Below are positions 38,447 to 51,204 of a DNA stretch of 64,000 bases, in pieces. This stretch comes from Felis catus (lineage: Eukaryota): contig NC_058368.1 of NCBI RefSeq assembly GCF_018350175.1, forward strand, positions 119,600,001 through 119,664,000, given 5' to 3'. The notes beneath the pieces were generated by a model, which was not told the origin of the DNA, ran no database searches, and saw only the letters and a list, made by a program, of their open reading frames with translations. Each line of letters opens with the position of its first letter. Positions within the stretch are counted from its first letter, which is position 1. The translations under genes were made by a program, and so were the position numbers.

Positions 38447-40598
38447 GGGAGAGGAGCCACGATGGCGGAGCAGCAGGGAAGCTTTTTGTGTGTCTCGTGT
38501 CCATGAAATACAGCCAGACCAACACTAAACCATCCTACACACCTAGAAAACCGATTGGAAGATTAACAAAACAATCTGCACAACCCGAACCACACAATTC
38601 AGCAGGTACGCGACATGAAGAGCTAAACTTGGGGAGCAAGAAGCCCCGAAATGTAGGGAACCGCTCTTGTGGGCAGAGAGAGGATGGAGACCGGGGAGGG
38701 GGAGAGCCTACGGGAAAAGCACCCCTCCCCAAAAGCAGCTGGAGAGAAAGTGGAAAATTGGAAACAGCCGCAGGGACTAAACTAAAAAGGGAGAAAGGAG
38801 AGGGTTTAAATTCCATTAAGACTGTAAACAAGGGGAGCGCAAAGGCTGCAACTCCACAGCTCGATACCTGGCGGTGCTCTGGTGGGAAAGGCGAATCCCC
38901 AGGAACAGAGTGGGGTCCGGGAGTTTCTCAGGCCACACGGGGAAAAGCAGTTCCACTGCTGGAAGGACATTTGGTAGAGACTGTTGAAGCCACCTGGTCC
39001 CAGCAGACCCCAGAAGGCAGCCACACTCTCTGGTGTTGGGGCAAGGTTGTTGAGGATGAAGCCTGGTGTGAGATGTGTGTTGCAATTTTCCATGGTCCCT
39101 GAAACACTGAGGCTACACTGTCTCGCGATTTTTTTGGGGGGGAGCGGGCTGGCGCCTGGCCGCAGTCTCGGGGCACCGGCAACAGCAGGATCCAGTGGGC
39201 GTTCCTGGGTGCAGCCGACATTCAGCCATTGCTCATTTGGCCATAGCTCGGTGAGGCCCTCCTGCAGCGGGGCGGAGCAGGTCAAAGCCGCAGTCCTTCG
39301 GAAGTAAGGGGCCAGGGAAAATAACTGCATCTGAGACAAAACTTGGGAGAGAGGTGCTGCCTGGGGCCTGGTCACGGAGAGTGGAAAAGTGGGGAGTGGA
39401 CGAGAGCTGAAGACGGAGGACCGGTGCGCGACTGCTGATCTGGGAGAACAGACTGGGTGGCTGGGTACCGCCATTTTTCACGGCGCCCACGCGTGCGCAT
39501 GCGCACCAAGGAGCACCACAGCAATCCACCCCAGTAGGCTAGCAGCGCCATCTAGGGGAGAGCAGAGCTGTTACATCGTGCCCTGCCCAACTGGGCCAAC
39601 TTCGCTCTTCAAGAACACAAACCTCACCGCCAGCTTAATTTATGAACTATAAAGAGCTAGATGGACTGACCTCTAGGGGAAAACAAAGCAATTTCAGCCC
39701 TATTTCAATCTGTTAGCAGGTTCATCTATTCAATTTTTTTCTCTCTTTCTTTCTCCTTTTTCTCTTTTACAATTCTTTTCTTTTTCTTGAATACAGAAAA
39801 AGAAAAAACTCATTTTTATTTTCAATTTTTATTAAAAATATCTGTCTTTAATTTTTATTACTATATTTTTTACTTTTGTGTAAATTTTTTCAAATTCTAC
39901 TTTACTTCCATCATTTTATTTTAGTCTACTTCAGTGTACTCACCTTTTCAAATTTTCAAACAATTTCCTTTTTTTTTTTTTCTTTTTTTCTCTTTTTCAT
40001 TTCTTTTTCTTGAATGCAGAAAGAGAAAAACTTCATTTTTCCTTTCAATTTCTTTTAAAAATATTTTATTTAATTTTTATTACTATATTTTTTGCTTTTA
40101 CGTAAATTTTTTCAAATTCTATCTTACTCCCATCATTTTATTTCAGTCTACTACAGTGTATTCACTTTTTCAAATTTTCAAACAATTTCTTTTTTTGTCT
40201 TTTCCTTTTTTCTTTTTTTATCTTTTTTCTCTTTTTCATTTCTTTTCTTTTTTCTTAAATACAGAAAATGAAAAACTTCATATTTGTTTTTAATTTTTAT
40301 TAAAAATAACTTTCTATAATTTTTTTCTACTATATTCTTTACTTTTGTGTATTTTAGTCTACTTTAGTGTATTCATTTTTTTCAAATTCTCAAACGATTT
40401 CCTTTTTTTTCTTCTTTGTCTCTCCCCAGCTTTTTTTTGTTTCTCTATTCTGTCAAACCACTTTCTACACCCAGACCAAAACACACCTAGGAACTAGCAT
40501 CATCTATTCGATTTTTGTGTGGGTGTGTTTTTAATTTTTAATTTTAATTTTTTTCATTTCAATTTTTCTACATCATTAATTCCTTTTCTCCCTTCAAA

Positions 40599-41714
40599 AT
40601 GATAAAATGAAGGAATTCACCCCAAAAGAAAAAGCACGAAGAAACGACAGCCAGGCATTTAACCAACACAGAGACAAGCAAGATTTCTGAACCACAATTT
40701 AGAATCACGATAATAAGAATACTAGCTGGAGTCAAAAATAGATCAGAATCCCTTTCTGCAGAGATAAAAGAAGTAAGAAATAGCCAGAATGAAATAAAAA
40801 TGCTATAACTGGGGCGCCTGGGTGGCGCTGTCGGTTAAGCGTCCGACTTCAGCCAGGTCACGATCTCGCGGTCCGTGAGTTCGAGCCCCGCGTCGGGCTC
40901 TGGGCTGATGGCTCAGAGCCTGGAGCCTGTTTCCGATTCTGTGTCTCCCTCTCTCTCTGCCCCTCCCCCGTTCATGCTCTGTCTCTCTCTGTCCCAAAAA
41001 TAAATAAAAAAAAAAAACATTGAAAGGAAAAAAAAAATTAAAAAAAAAAATGCTATAACTGAGCTGTAATCATGGATAGATGCAGTGGCAGCAAGGATGG
41101 ACGAGGCAGAACAGAGAATCAGTGATATAGAGGACAAACTTACAGAGAATAATGAAGCAGAGAAAAAGAGGGAGATTAAGGCAAAAGAGCACGATTTAAG
41201 AATTAGAGAAATCAGTGACTCATTAAAAAGGAACAGCATCAGAATCATAGGGGTCCCAGAGGAGGAAGAGAGAGAAATAGGAGTAGAAGGGTTATGTGAG
41301 GAAATTATAGTGGAAAACTTTCCTAACTTGGGGAAAGACACAGACATCAAAATCCAGGAAGCACAGAGGACTCCCATTAAATTCAACAAAAACCGACCAT
41401 CATAGTCATATCATAGTCAAATTCACAAAATACTCAGGCAAGGAGAGAATCATAAAAGCAGGAAGGGAAAAAAAAGTCCCTAACCTACAAGGGAAGACAG
41501 ATCAGGTTTGCAGAGGACCTATCCACAGAAACCTGGCAGGCCAGAAAGGAGTGGCAGGATATATTCAGTGCACTGAATCAGAAAAATATAGAGCCAAGAA
41601 TTCTTTATCCAGCAAGGCTGTCATTCAATAAAAAGTTTCCCAGACAAACAAAAATTAAAGGAGTTTCTGACCACTAAACCAGCCCTGCAAGAAATATTAA
41701 GGGGGACTCTCTGA
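40599..41714 (+). pseudogene. L1 ORF1p remnant
   Basis: ATG ATA AAA TGA (early stop), interrupted by a SINE at 40811. Fragment RMDEAEQRISDIEDK...IRIIGVPEEEE...IIVENFPNL...IQEAQRTP is typical L1 ORF1p. Confidence 0.92.
40811..41045 (+). mobile_element. Young felid CanSINE (SINEC_Fc-like) inserted in L1 ORF1
   Basis: ggggcgcctgggtggcg head, CT-rich linker, A tail; TSD aaaaatgctataact at 40796-40810 and 41046-41060. Confidence 0.96.
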
Positions 41715-41827
41715 GGGGAGAAAAGATGAAAATACATACACACATACATACATACATACGAAAAGCAACAAAAGATTAGAAAGGACCAGAGAACACCATC
41801 AGAAACTCCAACTCTACAAGCCACATA

Positions 41828-44800
41828 ATAGCAATAAATTCATATCTTTCAGTACACACTCTAAACGTCAATGGACTCAATGCTCCAATCAAAACACACA
41901 GGGTAACAGAATGGATAAAAAAACAAGACCCATCTATATGCTGTTTACAAAAGACCCACTTTAGACCTAAAGACACCTACAGATTGAAAATAAGGGGATG
42001 GAGAACCATCTATCATGCGAATGGTCAACAAAAGAAAGCCGGAGTAGCCATGCTTCTATCAGACAATCTAGACTTTAAAATAAAGACTGTACCAAGAGAT
42101 GCAGAAGGGCATTATATCATAATTAAGGGTTCTATCCCCCAAGAAGACCTAACAATTGTAAACACTTATGCGCCAAATGTGGCAGCACCCACATATATAA
42201 ATCAATTAATCACAAACATAAAGAAACTCATCGATAGTAATACCATAATAGTATGAGACTTCAACACCCCACTCACAGCAACAGACAGATCATCTAATCA
42301 AAAACTCAACAAGGAAACAATGGCTTTGAATGACACATTGGACCAGATGGACTTAACAGATATATTCAGAACATTTCATCCTAAAGCAGCAGAATAGGGG
42401 CGCCTGGGTGGCTCAGTCAGTTGAGCAACCAACTTCAGCTCACGTCATGATCTCACGGTTTGTGAGTTCGAGCCCCACGTCGGGCTCTGTGCTGCCAGTT
42501 CAGAGCCTGGAGCCTGCTTCTGATTCTGTGTCTCCCTCTCTCTCTGGCCCTCCCTCACTCATGCTCTGTCTCTCTCTGCCTCAGAAATAAACTAAAGCAG
42601 TAGAATATACATTCTTCTCCAGTGCGCATGGAATATTCGCCAGAATAGACCATATACTGGGACACAAATCAGCCCTAAGTAAGTACAAAAAGATTGAGAT
42701 CATACTGTGCATATTTTCAGACCACAATGCTATGAAACTCCAAATCAACCACAAGGAAAAATTTGGAAAGGTAACAAATACTTGGAGACTGAAGAACATC
42801 CTACTAAAGAATGAATGGGCTAACTAAGCAGTTAAAGAAGAAATTAAAAAGTATATGGAGGTCAATGAAAATGATAGCACCACAACCCAAAACCTCTAGG
42901 GCACAGCAAAGGCAGTCATAAGAGGAAAGTATATAGCAATCCAGGCCTTCCTAAAGAAGGAAGAAAGATCTCAGATACACAACCTAACCTTATGCCTTAA
43001 GGAGCTGGAAAAAGAACAGCAAATAAAACCCAAAACCAGCAGAAGACAGGAAATTACATAGAACAAAAAACAGTATAACAGATACCTGAAAACATACAAA
43101 AAAACAGTATAACAGATCAATGAAACCAGAGCTGGTTCTTTGAAAGAATTGACAAAATTGATAAACCACTAGCCAGTTTGATCAAAAAGAAAAAGGAAAG
43201 GACCCAAATAAGTAAAATAAAGAATGAAAGAGGAGAAATCACCACCAACACAAAAGAAATAAAAACAATAAGACAATATTATGAGCAATTATATGCCAAC
43301 AAAATGGGCAATCTGGAAGAAATGGATAAATTCCTAGAAACATATATACTACCAAAATTGAAACAGGAAGAAATAGGAAACTTGAACAGACCCATAACCA
43401 GTAAGGAAATTGAATTTTAGTAATCAAAAATCTCCCAAAAAACAAGAGTCCAGGGCCAGACGGCTTTCCAGGGGAATTCTACCAAACATTTAAGGAAGAG
43501 TTAACACCTATTCTCTTGAAACTGTTCCAAAAAATAGAAATGGAAGGAAAACTTCCAAACTCTTTCTATGAAGCCAGCATTACCCTGATTCCAAAACCAG
43601 ACAGAGACCCCACTAAAAAGGAGAACTATAGACCAATTTCCCTGATGGACATGGATGCAAAAATCTTCAACAAGATATTAGCCAACCGGCTCCAACAATA
43701 CATTAAAAAAATCATTCACCACGATCAAGTGGGATTTATACCTGGGATGCAGGGCTGGTTCAATATCCGCAAAACAATTAACATGATTCATCACATCAAT
43801 AAAAGAAAGGACAAGAATCATATGATCCTCTCAATAGATGCAGAGAAAGCATTTGACAAGATACAGCATCCTTTCTTGATAAAAACCCTCAAGAAAGTAG
43901 GGATAGAAGGATCATAACTTGAGATCATAAAAGCCATATATGAACGACCCAATGCTAATATCATCCTCAATAGGGAGAAACTGAGAGCTTTCCACCTAAG
44001 GTCAGGAACAAGACAGGGATGTCCACTCTCGTCACTGTTATTCAACATAGTATTGGAAGTCTTAGCATCTGCAATCAGACAACACAAAGAAATAAAAGGC
44101 ATCCAAATCAACCAGGAGGAGGTCAAACTTTCACTCTTCGCAGATGACATGATACTCTATATGGAAAACCCAAAAGATTCCACCAAAAAACTGCTAGAAC
44201 TGATTCATGAATTCAGCAATGTTGCAGGATATAAAATCAATACACAGAAATCGGTTGCATTCCTATACACCAACAATGAAGTGACAGAAAGAGAAATCAA
44301 GGAATCGATCGCATTTACAGTTGCACCAAAAACCATAAAATACCTAGGAATAAATCTGACCAAAGAGGTGAAAAATCTATACACTGAAAACTATAGAAAT
44401 CTGATGAAAGAAATTGAAGAAGATATCAAAAAGTGGAAAAAGATTCCATGCTACTGGATAGGAAGAACAAATATTGTTAAAATGTCGATACTACCCAAAG
44501 CAATCTACATATTCAACACGATCCCTATCAAAGTAACACCAGCATTCTTCACAGAGCTAGAACAAATAACCCTAAAACTTGTATGGAACCAGAAAAGACC
44601 CTGAATAGACAAAGAATTCTTGAAAAAGAAAACCAAAGCAGGAGGTATCACAATCCCAGACTTCAAGCTGTACTACAAAGCTGTAATCATCAAGGCAGTA
44701 CGGTACTGGCACAAGAACAGACACTCAGATCAATGGAATAGAATAGAGAACCCAGAAATTGACCCACAGACGTATGGGCAACTAATCTTTGACAAAGCAG

Positions 44801-45858
44801 GAAAGAATATCCAATAGAATAAAGACAGTCTCTTCAGCAAGTGGTGCTGAAAAAACTGGACAGCAACATGCAAAAGAATGAACCTGGACCACTTTCTTAT
44901 ACCATACACAAAAATAAACTCAAAATGGATGAAAGACCTCAATGTAAGACAGGAAGCCATCAAACTCCTCAAGGAGAAAGCAGGCAAAAACCTCTTTGAT
45001 CTTGCCCGCAGCAATTTCTTACTCACCACGTCTCTGGAGGCAAGGGAAACAAAAGCAAAAATGAATGACTGGGACCTCATCAAAATAAAAAGTTTCTGCA
45101 CAGCGAAGAAAACAATCAGCAAAACTAAAAGGCAACTGACAGAATGGGAGAAGATATTTGCAAATGACCTATCAGATAAAGGGTTAGTGTCCAAAATCTA
45201 CAAAGAACTCATCAAACTCAACACCCAAAAAACAATCCAGTGAAGAAATGGGCAAAAGACATGAATAGACACTTATCCAAAGAAGACATCCAGATGGCCA
45301 ACCAACACATGAGAAAATGCTCAACTGGAAATACTCATCATCAGGGAAATACAAATCAAAACCACAATGAGATACCACCTGACACCTGTCAGAATGGCTA
45401 ACATTAACAACTCAGGCAACAACAGATGTTGGCGAGGATGAGGAGAAAGAGGATCTCTTTTGCATTATTGGTGGCAATGCAAGTTGGTGCAGCTACACTG
45501 GAAAACAGTATGGAGATTTCTCAAAAAACTAAAAATAGAACTACCCTATGACCCAGCAATTGCACTACTAGGCATTTATCCAAGGGATACAGGTGTGCTG
45601 TTTCAAAGGGACACATGCACTCCCATGTTTATAGCAGCACTATCAACAATAGCCAAAGTATGGAAAGAGCCCAAATGTTCATCGATGGATGAGTGGATAA
45701 AGAAAATGTGGTATATATATACAATGGAGTATTACTCAGCAATCAAAAAGAATGAAATCTTGCCATTTACAACTACATGGATGGAACTGGAGGGTATTAT
45801 GCTAATTGAAATTAGTCAGTCAGAGAAAGACAAAAATTATATGACTTCACTTATATGA
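41828..45858 (+). pseudogene. L1 ORF2p remnant (APE endonuclease, reverse transcriptase, C-terminal domain)
   Basis: Start codon appears degraded to ATA. EN fragments (KKAGVA, GHYIIIKGSI, YAPN), RT fragments ([37 protein letters not shown]) and a C-terminal HYWWQC fragment. Many stops and frameshifts and a SINE insertion. Confidence 0.95.
42397..42591 (+). mobile_element. CanSINE inserted in the L1 ORF2 endonuclease region
   Basis: TSD ctaaagcag(c/t)agaata at 42381-42396 and 42592-42607. Confidence 0.95.
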
Positions 45859-47129
45859 GGACATTAAGAGACAAAACAGATGAACATAAGGGAACGGAAA
45901 CAAAAATATTACAAAAACAGGGAGGGGGACAAAACAAAATAAATATGGGTAAATATGGAGAACATAAATATGTTAGGGAGAACATAAATATGGAGAACAA
46001 ATTGAGGGTTGCTGGAGGGGTTGTGGGAGGGAGGATGGGCTAAATGGTTAAGGGGCATTAAGGAATCTACTGAAATCATTGCTTCACTATATACTAACTA
46101 ATTTGGATGTAAATTTTAAAAAATAAAGTTAAAAAAAGAAAAATAGCATCAAACTGTGATTATAGGAAAAGGAATCACAATAAAAAATAAAAATAAAAAA
46201 TAAAATTCTTACTAAACTGAAAAAAATATATAGACAGCTGGTGGTTTCTGTGTTTAAACATTTCAAATAAAATGGTACCATAACTTGGGACCTGATTTGT
46301 TAATTGTAGCCATTGTCTCTGAGGTTACTGGAAATATTAAAGTAGCAGAGTAGAAGGAAAACAACATGGCTTTGAAATTACACACATATAGCCCTACAGT
46401 AATATGTATTACCTTTCCCAAGCTATTTAACCCCATGCACTACCATTCTTCATCTTTAAAATAAAACTTAACATTAATCCCCTATGCAAAAATGGCTCCA
46501 ACATTTGCCATCAGGGTAACCTTGTGTGAACTTCATTTTCCTTGTGAATGAACTGTAGATAGGAATATCTATCTCATTAGGGTTGTTAGCAGGAATAAAT
46601 TAAATTAGATAATCAGGAAGTATTCCATTCTACATGTTAGTACACCTGTGTTATCAAAAACTATGCTCAGTTATTACTACATTTTTTATTTTTTCAAAAA
46701 AAATTTGTGGAAATTTGTTTTGCTTTTTGTTTATATGGCATTACATACACCATATATATATTACATATATATATTACATATATATATTATATAATATACA
46801 TGGTATACATATTATCCTTGCTTTTGCCTCTTGGCCTGCAGAGTATAAACTATTTATTACCTGGCCTTTTACAGAATGAATCTACTGACCTCTGCTTTAG
46901 GACATAGGAAGTACCACTATCCCAAGGCATGGCTTCCTCTAAGGCATATGCCTCATACTAATGAAGCCAATTCCAGGGGCCTGTGGGTAGCAGAGGCAAC
47001 AAAAGGTAGACACATTTTAAAGACAGATTCTTGTCTTTAAAGCAGGGGGGAGGGGTGGGGAGGATTCCTTTTTTTTCTTCCATTCTTTTTAGGGCTAACC
47101 TAGAAAGTGCCTTATGGTTAGCTTAACTG

Positions 47130-47860
47130 TCCCTTTCCCAGATAGATCAACGGTTACGAAACAACTCGTGTTTCATGTGGGAAAAAGCAAAATTGGATCC
47201 TTACTTCATGTGCCAGGTGGATTAAAAAAAAATTAAATGTGAAAAGCAAAACTTCAAAATCCTTAGAAGAAAATAATGAAGCTGCTTTTAATGGCTTTGG
47301 GATAAGACAGACACAAGCCATGAAAGAAGAGATCTAGCACCTGAGCCCTATAGAAGTTACCAGGAAAAACCTTGCACATATGTGCACAAGACATCCACAG
47401 GACTGTTTAGAGACCGGTTTGTGAAAGCAAGCAACTGGAGACAAACTTAATGCTCATAGCAGGAAAACGGACCAGCATACTGCAATATATTAATGAAGTA
47501 TTACATACTAGTAAACAGATTCATGAAGTATGCACATAGCTGAATCTCACAAACTTATGGGTGAAAAAATCAAGTTACAGAAGAAAAGCCAAGTGTGATG
47601 TCATTTACATAAAAGTCAAAACACTGCTAAATAATCCTACATTGTTTAAGGACAGGTACAACACATACATACTAAAAATGTAAAGAAAAGCTGAACGATA
47701 AGCCTAAAATTCAGAATATTAGTAACTCTGCTGGGAAGACGTGGATTGCAATTAAAATATAAAAAGGGCATTTCAACTGTACTTAATGTTTTTACATTCA
47801 ATCTAGAGGCAGGGTATGTGGGTATTCATTGTATTATACTATTTATCCTCTTGCATGTTA
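47130..47860 (+). mobile_element. Ancient L1M fragments
   Basis: aaattggatccttacttcat...aaatgtgaaaagcaaaacttcaaaatccttagaagaaaat; aatctcacaaacttatgggtgaaaaaatcaagttacagaag. Confidence 0.6.
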
Positions 47861-47921
47861 CATATTCTAAGTATAAAAATCCATTTTATTATAAAGGAAC
47901 CAAGACAACCCCTCCTGTCCC

Positions 47922-48178
47922 TTTTTTTTTTTTTTAGATTTCTTTTTCTATTTCTTTTTTTTTTTTTTTTTTGGCATTTATTCATTTTTGAAAGGCAGAG
48001 GGAGACAGAGCGCGAATGGAGGAGGGCAGAGAGAGAGGGAGACACAGAATCTGAAGCAGGCTCCAGGCTCTGAGCTGTCAGCACAGAGCCTGAAACGGGG
48101 CTCGAACTCACGGAGTGCGAGATCATGACCTGAGCTGAGGTCGGCCACTCAACCAACTGAGCCAGCCAGAAGCCCCCC
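47922..48178 (-). mobile_element. CanSINE
   Basis: TSD cctcctgt(c/t)ccttt on both sides. Confidence 0.93.
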
Positions 48179-48464
48179 TCCTGTTCCTTTATTGGCTTTG
48201 CCTTTTGAGAACCATGCTGGTTTTTCCCGCACTTCCCATGTTGCTGAAATGGACATAATTGCTGCCTCAAGAATAGCACAGCTTTTATTTTGTCCAAGAC
48301 ATTTTAATTATTGAACTAAGGAAATGGCTACTGGAGCTTTTGAAAGGAGTTATGTTATAATGCAGGAGACCAGTGCTAACATAGATAAAAGTCCTTGGTA
48401 CTTTAGAGTAAATTAGGTATTTTTACAAGATAAGAGGGCACTGATGAACCAAAAAAAAAAAAAA

Positions 48465-48507
<43 letters not shown>

Positions 48508-48829
48508 CACTACCCTAATGGTAGAGGAGCAAACTCTGGCTCATGGGTGATGTGCCTATTTAATATTTTTTTATTGCAATTAGATTAGAAGGACAAAATG
48601 TTTAAAAACTAAAATTACATTAGGACTTATTATGGCAAAATCATGTTTTCTTTCTAAGGTATAGTTAAAACTTCTTTCAATCAAATTAAGAGCTCTGGAA
48701 AAGACCATCTACTCATTAATTCCCTCATTTAATAAAATATATGTGTCAGGTGAAAAATCTGATTTGGTTGATATCTCAAACCACAGATACACCTCCTTAA
48801 ATAAGATTCATTCTTTTTTGCTTTCCTTG

Positions 48830-48928
48830 TTTGCTCTTTAAGTAGGCTCCACGCCCAACACGGGGCTCCAACTCATGACCCTGAGATCAAGAGTCACTAA
48901 GATGGCTCCACTAAGCCAGCCAGGCAAC
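48830..48928 (-). mobile_element. Short old CanSINE variant
   Basis: agtaggctccacgcccaacacggggctccaactcatgaccctgagatcaagagtc. Confidence 0.75.
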
Positions 48929-48975
48929 ATTTTTAAAAACAAAGATGCCACTCAATATATTCTTCTATACATGCT

Positions 48976-49027
<52 letters not shown>

Positions 49028-51204
49028 ATGGCTTTGGGATAAGATAGACACAAGCTGTGTGTGTGTGTGTGTATAAGGAACGCTTTCCTATGTCAATATA
49101 TATTCTCTTTGAATAAGACTAAGATTTTATTACCAGGTCAACAATATATGCATATTTATATATTCTCTATATAAGTATATAACATGTAAAATATATATTA
49201 CACATTATATATATTTTAGAATTGAAATGTCTCAAAAATCTCATACAATGTGTTTATCTTATAGAGAAAAAACCAAAGCTCAAAATGACTTAATCGAGGT
49301 CTCACCAATTATTAGCACGGCTAGTGCTAAGGGATGTATTTTCCACTTTTAGCTTACAGTTCAAAAGCACACAGGAAATAGGTCTTTCTTAACCACACAA
49401 AAAGAAGTAAATGTGAGGTGACTATTATATACATATATGCATGAAACATTCATGTTCTGATATGGGCTACACAACTAAAGAAACGTGAAGAATTTGGAAA
49501 GGATTTAGAGGAGAGTGCCAGGGCAATCAGAAAAAGAAATTAAGTTGTGAGTGAAAGCCTGAAAGCAGAGAATATTCAGCTTGGAAGGGGGAAGCCAAGG
49601 GCCGGACTTGGTTCACAGAAGGAACCTAATGGTTGGGGGCCAAATTCAGTGGGAACAGCTCAATGAGCAAGGAGGGAAAACTTGAAGCAAGGGCCTCATT
49701 CCTCCCTGTAATGCTGCAAAAAGATATCAAATCTATTTTCCCCATCACTTAGAGAGGCAATATAACATTTTTGTTAAACAACTGAGAATAGGCAACATAA
49801 AACTTTGATATACACAACAAATGTTACAAATACATCTCATTGCTATTATCAGGGTCAATTAAAGTTGGAATACACAGACCTCAAAAGGACAGAGAGGCAG
49901 GGATAGAAGCCAAACCCTGGGCAGTAGTTCTATTGTTTCTCTTAAACATGTTGACAAACTGCTTACTTTTCATCGCTCTTTAACTATTTCAATTCATCAG
50001 CTCTGATCTGAATCATAATATTATAATTGCCAATATGGATAAAATTGTTTCGAGGGGTACCAACAGCCAGCGCACTCGGCCTCGAGGAGGAGGAAGGGGC
50101 AGATGAAATCAAGAGTATTATGGTGGTAGTTAATGGATACTCTCTTCCAGATCTTGACCAGGGACCACAGGTACCCTGCTCCAGTCTTAGAGGATGGAGG
50201 CCCGATCCTGTCTGTCTCCAATAAAGAAAGAGGAGGGAGACCGAAGCTGTGATAGCAGCATGCACAGTTTAATAAGAAAAATTTCCCAACCCTAGGGCTG
50301 GCGTGGATTCATTTGTGAAAGTTTTTGCAAACATTACTGTATCAGCAAGAATTGTATCTTGTTGTCTGGATGTTTAAAAACTGCTTTACAGTTGGATTTC
50401 TTGATAAGAGTGATTTAAAGAATTAACAGCTTCCTGCTGTTTGATTTCCTTTATTTTGGTACTTACTGCTTTTACACCAATAATGAAAGTAGGCTGTATT
50501 TTGATACACTGAAAATTTCATATTAGTGTTCATATGACATAGTATAAGTATTAAAACAAATCTCCTAGTACATATCAGCACAATCTCTCCCACTGTCTTC
50601 CTGTTGATTCTCTTAAGGCCCCAGATTCTCCACTATCACCCTCAATTCAGTCTTGATTTTCATAGTCTCAGCTCAGCTTCCCGTTCTGCTTCTAGCTGGG
50701 TCCTGGTTAAGACAAGAGGTTCCATGGTTTGTTCATAAATGATTCTCTCTTATTTTTGCGATATGAATAAGAACAGAAAATCAGTATGACTCTCACGTCA
50801 AATATTAAACTCTAACTTTGGTTCAGCAAGGACAACCTTGTTTAAACAACATTCACCTCATTGCAGATGCAGTTTAATCTTTTATTAAACCATAGAAATG
50901 ATTCAATCTTTTATAGAAAAACCAAAACCATGTTATCGCAGGAAGATTGTGACCTAGGCCAGTCGGAATAAAATATGGTCTCAAGAGATGGTAAAAATTG
51001 AGACTGGGTTAAGTATGACCTTGTGACAGACCTAGATATGCAGAGTATCTGAAATGTCATTGAAGCTAGAAGATACTTTTAACAGGACTGCTCAAGCAGT
51101 GATGAAAATGTACCACATGGAAACAGTTCAGAAAGTGTTTTTTTTTTTAAGTGCATTAAAAAAACAAGCCGTAAAATGTAAATACAATGCTAAAGTAAAC
51201 AAAC

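Larger units (their letters stand above)
38447..46143 (+). mobile_element. Full-length carnivore/felid LINE-1, inactivated
   Basis: 5' start gggagaggagccacgatggcgg, CpG-rich 5' UTR, T-rich repeated spacer, ORF1 and ORF2 remnants, 3' UTR with G-rich tract, AATAAA at 46122-46127 and A-rich tail. Confidence 0.97.

Noticed and set aside
38488..39652. 204-aa and 222-aa ORFs on opposite strands
   Set aside because: They lie in the GC-rich L1 5' UTR, have no recognisable domain, and long frames are expected at this GC content.
43516..45858. Reverse transcriptase ORF fragments as a possible novel RT system
   Set aside because: Ordinary LINE-1 ORF2 broken by stops and frameshifts.
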